Of a stretch of 38,878 bases of DNA, positions 11,606 to 20,719 are shown in pieces (position 1 is the first letter of the stretch; each line of letters begins with the position of its first letter). The notes under the pieces are model-generated. The model was not told where the DNA came from. It did no database searches and worked only from the letters and a program-made list of their open reading frames with translations. The stretch is taken from positions 156,360,528 to 156,399,405 of the forward strand of contig NC_068981.1 of NCBI RefSeq assembly GCF_001194135.2, given 5' to 3'. The stretch comes from Octopus bimaculoides (Eukaryota). A program made the position numbers and the translations under genes.

Positions 11606-12639
11606 GAGAAACTTTCCAACGATAAAGGAGATAAAACGTCTTATTTGGTTTGTTTTAGCCATTACAGCATAAATTATTCTAGATCACCACCTTCAAACGC
11701 CTAAAATGCTAGCAAGAGTGTTTTAAATAAGCATTTTATGAATATGAAATGTCCTTATAAAATACTGGGGTCGGCGGCGGCGGCGGTGGTGGCGGTGGTG
11801 GGAAATGATACCTTAGTGACTGTCAATACTGTTTTAAACTTGAATACAGTCTAGGTTAATCAGTAATCACCATTGTTATTATGCTGTATTTATTATTTCA
11901 TTGCTAATAACCTTTTAACAAAATTTACCCACGTGCTTGAGGTTTCTGAGAAAATGTAATGTTTGTATTGATTTCTTTCATTAGTTTTTCTTATTGTAAT
12001 GAAAAGAGACAACCTTGGTTGTTTGATAAACAAGTTTGCATGTGAAAACATGAAATTTCACCAGTTGTTGGAAAATAAAGAGCTGTCCTGTCATATATTT
12101 TGTTTATTCAGTAAACTCCTCTGTAAACAACTATGAATAAATGTGAATACAGATTTTTCTCCAAGTCGACATGATATAACTGTGAGCAAATGTAAATTCA
12201 GATTGGTCATCTCAATTCATAAGCAATCAAAAACGTAATATATAATAATTTATAATCAATGTTTATAATTAATGTTGTTGATTAATCCCAGGTCAGTCTT
12301 GATGGAACAAGCCATGTTATTCAGGCCATGACATTCCTATCATACACCTATGTATAATGTATTATACCTAGGTGTATCATTATCCAACGTGTCTTATTTT
12401 AATTCAGTAGGGTTTAATTTGAGGGAGATATGGGGGTTCTTTAAAGCTGATCGAGCGATTGTATGGAGGTTCCTTCGATGATTCGTTTGTAATCAATTTC
12501 GTTTTTAGTAATTATAATTGCTATTATAACCAAAACATGGATACGCTACACACAGCAACAGATACATTGTATCCCCGCAATGTCGTAAGAGGCAGCTAAA
12601 ATGGTTTGGAGGCCAGAAATCTCGAAGACGGATGGCTTA

Positions 12640-13120
12640 ACCAACCTAACTTGATAAGTTGAGTTTCCACACTGAGACATCTCGTCTTTATCAGCACTTC
12701 AGTCTCAGGTGTGAAGGATTTCCAACTGATGATCAATATATGCCTTAGACACTTCTGGTGAAATCTCTCGAGTATTTTGATGTTTCGTTAATGCGGGTCT
12801 TGCGTCAGACGAATATAGTTGGGATGTAATGATGCACGCTTTATAGATGTAAAACTTGGAGGATAATTTCCAGTCCCTGCTTAACCAAACTAGTTTTTCC
12901 AGTATCCCAAACGCAATTAAAATCTAAATACTCAGGGATCCATCTCTAGGAGAAAAAATTGCTCAGATACACAAAAGAATCCACTGCATCAAGTTTAGTC
13001 CTTTGCAAAAATATGTTTGATTGCATATACGTCTCTCTCGGAGTAGATGGAGACATCATCTTAGTTTGCTTCAGGCTTATTGGAAGCTTAAAAGTAGTAC
13101 GGACACTGGAGAAGAGATTC
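12640..13120 (-). mobile_element. RTE LINE RT fragment
   Basis: Minus strand VDSFVYLS, YKACIIT, RFHQKCLRHIL..W motifs. Confidence 0.8.
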
Positions 13121-13172
13121 ATTATTTTCTGAATGTCTTGTTTCGAGTGAGTCGCAAGAAGACAATCGTCAG

Positions 13173-13248
13173 CGATTTTATTGTCGGTTCAAATTGAAAT
13201 GCAAAGCAGCGGAGACTGCTCGCAATATCGACCATGCATTTAACCAGA
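13173..13248 (+). mobile_element. 76-bp mariner fragment (HTH start), near-identical to 17233-17308
   Basis: RFYCRFKLKCKAAETARNI; 75/76 identity. Confidence 0.9.
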
Positions 13249-13324
13249 ATAACACAAACACACACGCAAATATTAAAAATGATACACTCAAGAGATACCC
13301 AGGAATTAATTAAAAAAACAGTCC

Positions 13325-13731
13325 CAATCACTGCTATAAACCATAACGATCCACTTTTAGGTCACTTGACCATTTAACATCCTACTACTATCATATCACC
13401 CACATTCCTTTATTATTCTCCCTTCTCTTTCTCCTTCTTCTTCTTCTTCGTCTTCTTCTTCTTCGTCTTCTTCTTCTTCGTCTTCTTCCTAACCTTACTA
13501 CTATTGCTGTTTAGAATAACACCTACGCAAATTTTATAAACAATGCATTCAAAAGAGATATCTCAAGAATTCAATCACTACTACCATCCACAACAAGTCA
13601 CTCTCAGGGCACTTGACCATTTAACATCCTGCTACTATCATGGCTCTCCCATATTCTTCTTCTTCTTCTTCTTCTTCTTCTTCTTCTTCTTCTTCTTCTT
13701 CTTCTTCTTCTTCTTCTTCTTCTTCTTCTTC
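13325..13731. repeat. Degenerate ~247-bp direct duplication, each unit ending in a TTC microsatellite
   Basis: 13363-13394 vs 13610-13641 (31/32); TTC tracts at 13434-13488 and 13654-13731. Confidence 0.8.
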
Positions 13732-14831
13732 CCTGCCAAGAATTCACAACGACCTCGAACCCACAAGAGTAAATAAGAGAGACAGAAACAGGCAGAAACA
13801 AGGAAAATGCCCCTTGTATTTGAATACTATGCAAATATTTTTTAAAACTTTTCTTTTAATTTTTCCAAAATTTAATTGTTTTCCATACTTACAGTTGAAA
13901 AAGTTTCAATGGCTGAAACCGGTACTGAAATGTCTTTTATAAAATTATTTTAGCATTTTCTACCTTAACTTTTTTTTCCATATATATCAACTCGTGTGTT
14001 CCTTTTCAACCCTCAACATGTGTGTGTGTGTGTGTGTGTGTAAGGATAAATTTTTAGTATTATAACGGTTGAAATTTATTTGATATAACGATAATAAGAT
14101 GGATTTGATACACAGTAGAATGGATGTAATCTTTTTGTAAGGATTGATTCTTCGTTGATTGCCATTATGTAAAGATGAAAGAACAGTGATTGAAGTTGTG
14201 AAGAAAATATTTATTTTTATCGTTACATTATACAATACCCTGCCTCAACGAGCAGGTGATAAAATCGTAAAGCATGTGAAGTAAAGATAGATATAGGTTT
14301 TCCTTGCATAGTTTGTTCGTGTTCTCGTCATTGTTTAGCAGTAATTACAGAGAGAGATAGAATGATGTTGTAAGAGAACAGAATTAGAGCTAGTGAGAGT
14401 GAGATGGTGTGGGATGTTGTCTTTCTTTTTCCCTCTGGCCGTTTGTCTGCCTGTTTCCATGATTTTAGTGGTCGCTTCACTAACAGATGTTAGCTCTCAT
14501 CTCAACTGAAGGGTTGTCACCAAAGTGACTAACTGATTTTTGCTTGGGGTCCTTGCTTTTATAACTATCCAGAAGGACAGACATATCGTTGAGAACAATA
14601 GATTTAGTTGGTGGTCTCGTTATCTCTATTCTAGCTTTTGGGGAAGTAGAAGAGGTTAGAAAGGGTCAAGTGGTGAAGACATTATTTCGGGCTCGCTAAG
14701 GCAATCTGGAAAATGTAAAACTGCTGTCACAGAAACACTATTGTTTTACCGTGAGAAAAGTTCTGTTAAACTGTTAATTTAAATTTGGCTATGGTGGATC
14801 GAATCCACTTCATGCTTGCAAGTTTCACTAC

Positions 14832-15110
14832 ATATATATATATAAACGTAGTAACACAGTCCTAATCAAGACAGCCCACTTTACGTTGGCAAATAGACTT
14901 TACTCTGTAGCACTGTTACTACTTATTTATCGCTCAGAGATTTAAAACTAATTGTTTTTCTTCTTATAAGATGTATGTCACTTTAAAACTATATACCTCG
15001 TGCAAGGCCTAGTGCTGCCATCTCTAGCCAAGATTATCCTGTGCCGATGAAGAGAAATAACCCAGAAAGCATTGGTCTACAAGTACTGTTTAAAGCTGAG
15101 TGGGGACATT
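14832..15110 (+). repeat. 279-bp copy identical to 15881-16159
   Basis: No differences seen on inspection; ends exactly at gap. Confidence 0.9.
15040..15081 (+). ncRNA. Hammerhead-like motif (copy of 16089-16130)
   Basis: Same sequence within the duplicated block. Confidence 0.35.
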
Positions 15111-15556
15111 NNNNNNNNNNNNNNNNNNNNNNNNNNNNNNNNNNNNNNNNNNNNNNNNNNNNNNNNNNNNNNNNNNNNNNNNNNNNNNNNNNNNNNNNNN
15201 NNNNNNNNNNNNNNNNNNNNNNNNNNNNNNNNNNNNNNNNNNNNNNNNNNNNNNNNNNNNNNNNNNNNNNNNNNNNNNNNNNNNNNNNNNNNNNNNNNNN
15301 NNNNNNNNNNNNNNNNNNNNNNNNNNNNNNNNNNNNNNNNNNNNNNNNNNNNNNNNNNNNNNNNNNNNNNNNNNNNNNNNNNNNNNNNNNNNNNNNNNNN
15401 NNNNNNNNNNNNNNNNNNNNNNNNNNNNNNNNNNNNNNNNNNNNNNNNNNNNNNNNNNNNNNNNNNNNNNNNNNNNNNNNNNNNNNNNNNNNNNNNNNNN
15501 NNNNNNNNNNNNNNNNNNNNNNNNNNNNNNNNNNNNNNNNNNNNNNNNNNNNNNNN
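15111..15556. other. Assembly gap
   Basis: Run of N. Confidence 1.
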
Positions 15557-15860
15557 GAAAAGAAGATATAAGATTGCCAGGTTTTTGTCTCTCTCACCAA
15601 GGTCAGCAGCTGTCAGACGCCGACGAAGGGAAATAACCCTGAAATCCGGATACGTTCGTGCTGCAGATGTTGGTGAGAGGGATAACTTCCCTTGGCAAAC
15701 AGGACACAGTCGTGTGTCGATAAGCCAGCTGGAGGAGATGTCCTCCTGGGGCTAAAAGCAACAGTAACATCCACCCCTAGGGGTCAGCCACACTTAAGTG
15801 GCAATATACTACACTTTATCGTGCAGTTACTGTTAATACTTCATTTAGAGAATTAACATT
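15557..15860 (+). mobile_element. Hammerhead-bearing non-coding repeat unit X (retrozyme/Penelope-derived candidate)
   Basis: Colinear but diverged homology to unit Y (gccgacgaagggaaataaccctgaaa; aacaggac; cctggggcta; actgtta). Confidence 0.6.
15616..15656 (+). ncRNA. Minimal type I hammerhead ribozyme candidate (CCGACGA core)
   Basis: GACG-CCGACGA-AGGG aaauaa CCCU-GAA-AUCCGGAU(palindrome)-A^CGUU; stems I and II pair. Confidence 0.6.
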
Positions 15861-15861
15861 G

Positions 15862-15896
<35 letters not shown>

Positions 15897-16297
15897 GTAG
15901 TAACACAGTCCTAATCAAGACAGCCCACTTTACGTTGGCAAATAGACTTTACTCTGTAGCACTGTTACTACTTATTTATCGCTCAGAGATTTAAAACTAA
16001 TTGTTTTTCTTCTTATAAGATGTATGTCACTTTAAAACTATATACCTCGTGCAAGGCCTAGTGCTGCCATCTCTAGCCAAGATTATCCTGTGCCGATGAA
16101 GAGAAATAACCCAGAAAGCATTGGTCTACAAGTACTGTTTAAAGCTGAGTGGGGACATTATCTCCCTTGTTCGAGGTAACAGGACGCAGCTGTGCGTCGA
16201 TAGCCAGCTGCAAAAGATGTTTTCCTGGGGCTAAGAAAGGTAGTAACACCGTCCTAACCAAGACTGCCACTTTACGTTGGCAAATAGACTTTACTCT
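15897..16297 (+). mobile_element. Hammerhead-bearing unit Y: 343-bp monomer plus 58-bp terminal redundancy
   Basis: 15897-15955 repeated at 16240-16297 (3 substitutions, 1 indel). Confidence 0.65.
16089..16130 (+). ncRNA. Degenerate minimal hammerhead candidate (CCGAUGA core)
   Basis: UGUG-CCGAUGA-AGAG aaauaa CCCA-GAA-AGCAUUGGU-C^UACA; stem I pairs, stem II has mismatches. Confidence 0.45.
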
Positions 16298-16302
16298 TTC
16301 TC

Positions 16303-16334
<32 letters not shown>

Positions 16335-16339
<5 letters not shown>

Positions 16340-16445
16340 CTTTTTGTTTGTCCCCCACCACCGCTTGACAACTAGTGTTAGTTTGTTTACATTCCTGTAA
16401 CCAAGCAGTTCGACCAAAGAGGCCGATAGAAAAGTATCATAAAGC
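16335..16445 (+). mobile_element. SINE 3'-half fragment
   Basis: tttgtcccccaccaccgcttgacaac...gatagaaaagta. Confidence 0.75.
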
Positions 16446-16581
16446 CTTCTACAGATTTACAAAAGAACCTCCCACAGTGCGTTGAGTCATAATGAAAACA
16501 TTGTTTATGATTCAACTGTTGTTTTATTGCTTTTTTTATCCTTAACCCTTTTAATGGCTTCTATTCAAATTCTTTATAATA

Positions 16582-16719
16582 NNNNNNNNNNNNNNNNNNN
16601 NNNNNNNNNNNNNNNNNNNNNNNNNNNNNNNNNNNNNNNNNNNNNNNNNNNNNNNNNNNNNNNNNNNNNNNNNNNNNNNNNNNNNNNNNNNNNNNNNNNN
16701 NNNNNNNNNNNNNNNNNNN
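16582..16719. other. Assembly gap
   Basis: Run of N. Confidence 1.
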
Positions 16720-17093
16720 CCGTCGCTTACGACGTCGAGGGTTCCAGTTGATCCGATCAACGGAACAGCCTGCTCGTGAAATTAACGTGCAAGTGGCTGA
16801 GCACTCCACAGACACGTGTACCCTTTACGGAGTTCTCGGGGATATTCAGCGTGACACAGGGTGACAAGGCTGACCCTTTGAATTACAGGCACAACAGATA
16901 CAAGAAGTAAGAGTGAGAGAAAGTTATGGTGAAAGAGTACAGCAGGGTTCGCCACCATACTCTGCCGGAGCCTCGTGAAGCTTTAGGTGTTTTCGCTCAA
17001 TAAACACTCACAACGCCCGGTCTGGGAATCGAAACAGCGATCCTATGACCGCGAGTCCGCTGGGCCGCGAGTCCACTGGGCCATTGCGCCTCC
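16720..17093 (-). mobile_element. tRNA-derived SINE (third family)
   Basis: Minus head ggaggcgcaaTGGCCCAGTGG (A-box) ... GTTTCGATTCC (B-box), followed by non-tRNA body. Confidence 0.85.
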
Positions 17094-17099
17094 CGTCAA

Positions 17100-18620
17100 G
17101 TCGTAATATTCCCGTATACCACTTTAAAGCACAGATTCTAATCTATTCATTTACGCAAATAGTTTTGCCTTTTCTATTTATTCTTGCTTATTTTAAGCTG
17201 TTAAATTAAAGATGACGAAAAGTAAGTTTGAACGATTTTATTGTCGGTTCAAATTGAAATGCAAAGCAGCGGAGACTGCTCGCAATATCAACCATGCATT
17301 TAACCAGAGTATCGCCAATGAAGTCTGGGTACAACATTTGTTTTAAAAGTTTAACGTGATAGAAAGGAGTCTTGAAGATGGTGAAGGTTGTAAATTTACT
17401 GTGATTGACAATAGCCAATTAATGGCTATTGCTGAAGCACCATCACATAAAGTATTCTCAAGAAGTAAACAGTGACTCTTCAGTAACTGTTCGGTATTTT
17501 CACCAAACTGGAGAGTAAAAATAACCCGCTAAATGGGTGCCGTACGAGCTAATAAAACTTTAAAAACATCGCCCTTAAGTAATCTGGTCTGCGCCGCAGC
17601 AAAAACGATTCATTTCTTGATCACTTGTGACATGTGACGCAAAAATGGATTCTATAAGATAACTGACGGCGTTCTGAGCTGCAGCTGGAAAGAAGTGATG
17701 CACCAGAGTATTTCTCCGAATTGAAACTACATCAATAGCAGTTTATTACTTCCGTCTTAGCGAAGGTGAAGGTGTTGTTTTCAGACGTGTTTTTGTTTGT
17801 TTGTTTGTTCGTTTATTTGTTTGTTTGTTTGTTTGTTTGTTTGTTAGTTTGTTTGTTTGTCCGTGGACAAGATATCTCAAGAACCGCTGGATGGATTCGG
17901 ATGAAACTTTCAGGGATGTTTGGCCTCGTGACTGGCACGAGCTGATTAGATTTTGGGGGCGATCCGATACCAGACAAAGATTCTGGATTATTTATCCTCT
18001 TTTTTTACTTAATTTTTGAGAGCGGTCGGGTTCATTTTTAGTATTCTCGTTTGTGAGAGCAGCCGAGTTTATTTCAGACATTCTCATTTTAAGAATCATC
18101 TCCGGCTAATCGTTGAGAAGACGATCGTGTTGCCTTGGCGGAAGTCTGCGCTCTCTGAGTTCTCCTGCTGTTAATGCTTTGTTGCTGCCAGTGGTATCAC
18201 CTACTACAATTTTTTGAATCTAAGTAAAACCATTACAACAGAGAAATACTGTCCAGAAATCGACAAAATACATCAAGAGATGCTACGAAGTGGGCAAGTT
18301 TTTCTTGAAAAAACTTCAGCACGTGCGCTTCAAATGACTCTGCGAATAGAACGAACTGAGCTAAGAAGCTCTCTCATCCACTTATTTCTCACAACTCTCT
18401 CCAACTGGCTAACACTTTTTACAAGCATCTTGCTAATTCTCTGCGAAAGATTTCAATTACAAAGCAGCAGTTCAATAAGAATGTATAGAGTTCAAGACCC
18501 CAGAATTTTACACTACGGAAACGTGTTTCTTGTTGCCAAAACTGTAGAATCTGACGGTTATTTCGATTAATAAAATTTATTCTGAGCTCAAATATACCAC
18601 TTTAAATTGTTGGTTAAAAA
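17100..18620 (+). mobile_element. Degenerate mariner (Hsmar1/cecropia-like), split by a HINE
   Basis: ATG at 17212 MTKSKFERF..KAAETARNINHAF, KWVPYEL, VTCDAKWIL; resumes at 18173 ASGITYYNFL..KTITTEKYC..GYFD*. Confidence 0.9.
17742..18172 (+). mobile_element. Helentron-associated non-autonomous element (HINE/DINE-1-like)
   Basis: Subterminal IR acttccgtc (17748) / ccttggcggaagt (18133-18145), internal (GTTT)n, 3' short stem-loop, T-rich target. Confidence 0.75.
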
Positions 18621-18789
18621 TGGCAGTGTATCAACTTGAATTTCACAGCCTGCAACCTTTAAACTTAAAATTCTTAGTCGAGACTATTGTTGTTGATGCA
18701 TATCGTTGAAATTTGGAGTTTTGAACCTGTATATTTTCTGCTGTGAAAATCCTCCTCCTCACAACCATCACTACCACCACAATCACCAA

Positions 18790-19420
18790 CATCATCCACC
18801 AGCTTTGCTTTGTCGCACTCAGATTCCTAATTCTATCACAGAGCAGAGCCTACTATTGTTCACCAACAAAACTATCGCATTGTCGTCATCATACCTGCTT
18901 GCTACAAGAGAAACACGGAGTTCATTAGTGTGCAACTTAGCTAGTTCATCACGCTTGACTCTTTCGAAGGCTTTGTTGATATCAAGAGCGCTAGCATAGC
19001 TAGAGTGTGCCGCCCGGGGCGGCCCTTCCGTTTGCCGCCCTCGGACCCCACAAAAAACACATATTGTCTACAGCAAACCCAAAAGTAATGCCTCTTTAAA
19101 AGTGCCGCCCGGGGCGGATAGCCTCCACCACCCTCCCCCTGGCTACGCTAGTGATCAAGAGTAATATGACTGGTTTCATCGAAGTTTTCGATGACAAGAA
19201 ATACCTAGTGAGTGATGTAAAACATATTTTTGGTCGACCAGGTTCAATGGAAACCGTATTGGTAATCACTGAGGTGATTGCCAACGCAAAGAAGAACGCC
19301 GAGATGGTACACCCGGTAATCATTTCCACTTCTAATTGGTGTCAGTCTGATATCAGCTGGCCAGACAAAAACCTCAAACTTAATTTTCTGTAATAGTCTA
19401 TGGTAAGGCCTTTTAACTTG
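18790..19420 (-). pseudogene. CR1/Jockey/I-group LINE RT fragment
   Basis: LSDYQYGFH..ITLD|INKAFERV..LLVNNS..LGI*VRQ. Confidence 0.75.
18989..19153. mobile_element. 165-bp hAT-type MITE
   Basis: Perfect 8-bp TSD ATCAAGAG (18981-18988, 19154-19161); 15-bp TIR 12/15; internal direct repeat gtgccgcccggggcgg. Confidence 0.9.
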
Positions 19421-20240
19421 TGGGGCATATGGTGTCTCTCCAAAACCCAATACAGCTTTGTGACTTCATCTAACCTATTTACACGGGCATAGTAAAAACA
19501 TCTGCATGTCTCCGTGCTCTGAGACAGGGGTCTTCGAGCCCTTCCTGAGCAGCAGCAACGTGGCACCAGGTGAGGGATGTTATTATTGGCAACATAACGA
19601 GTTCTTTAAGAGCATCACTGAGAAAATCAGTAAGAGGATCACTGAAAGCAGAAATACAACAAAGACTGTCTTTTGTTAAAGATGGAGAGTCGCCAAAAGA
19701 AAGGCCGAGAAGTGACTCCCAATAGTTTACTGACCATGCGCATCACTGTGTGATGAATGTTGACTTAAAGAACCAGCTAAAATTTTCATCACGTATCATC
19801 CAGTCCTCGTTGAAACTAGATAACATCCTGGCAACAAAGCAGCTCATTTTATTGTAGTCAACTGTGACCTATAGGGGGAAGTCAGAGGAAGGATTAAAAA
19901 AAAAAGGAAGAGAGAAAAGCACCAGGAATCGGAGGAAGACTGTAGCAAGAACGAGTGGAGGACCAGGCCTTTTTCAGTAGAGGTGGGTTGTTAAAGATTC
20001 ACAAGTCGTTTCCTCAGTAAAGCTCATGGATCTCTGGTCATTAGAGGAATGAGCAGAAGAGCCACCAATAACAACATAGACTCACCTGAAAATCACCTTG
20101 ATAGTTCTAGCTAAAAGCGGTGATCAGTGAGGACAGTAGAATGCTACTTGGACACAGGCCAAGGCTTAATCAACTTAGATTGGGTCACGTACATGAGGAT
20201 GCATGTTGTAGGAACCAGAACACGTAGTAACTTCAGAATA
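19420..20240 (+). mobile_element. HERO-like (R2 superfamily, RLE) non-LTR retrotransposon 3' fragment
   Basis: SNLFT..C..PCSETG..EPFLSS..GEGCYYWQHN; VDLKNQLKF..SLKLDNIL..ILL*STV; FSVEVGC*RF. Confidence 0.8.
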
Positions 20241-20719
20241 TAACATTGACAGTTAGTCAAGGTTTTGCATCTGTACACGTACGTAGAACAATGATTTGGC
20301 AGGTGCCCTCAATTTCAACAATTGTTGATTTGGGTCAGTAAAACAAGTATAGCCAGTTCTTTTAAATTTTGCATGGGAGAATTTTGATTTGAGCTTTTTG
20401 TCTTTTAACAGTAACAATGAAACAATTACCAGGCATTCAAGGCTAAATTATTGTAGTATACCAGTCTCACGTAGGTGCATATACATTAGACCGAATTAAG
20501 TTGAGAGAAATAATTCAGAGTAGCCATTAGCGTAAAAGTACTACAAAGACAAATACAGGTGTATCAGATACAACACAGTATAATTTTTTGATTTATTAAA
20601 ATAATCTCTCTGCCTCTAGTTTTGTTCAATGACACAACCCACATACGATCTAAAAACTGTGAACCCAATCACTCGGTTTCGCACCTTCATACAACGTAAG
20701 TAGTGATGTTTGCTTCGTC

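Noticed and set aside
12724-12740. CTGATGA hammerhead core
   Set aside because: Antisense to RTE coding sequence, with no stem II or GAAA
13893-13924. Possible 32-nt minus-strand micro-exon (PVSAIETFST, GTAAGT donor) or overlapping plus-strand acceptor
   Set aside because: Weak partner splice site on either strand and no recognisable homology; needs RNA-seq
13543-13942. Poly-Ser/Arg/Phe ORFs
   Set aside because: Translations of the (TTC)n microsatellite
17010-17093. tRNA gene (also heads near 4370-4421 and 8830-8912)
   Set aside because: No complete cloverleaf; each continues into a SINE body
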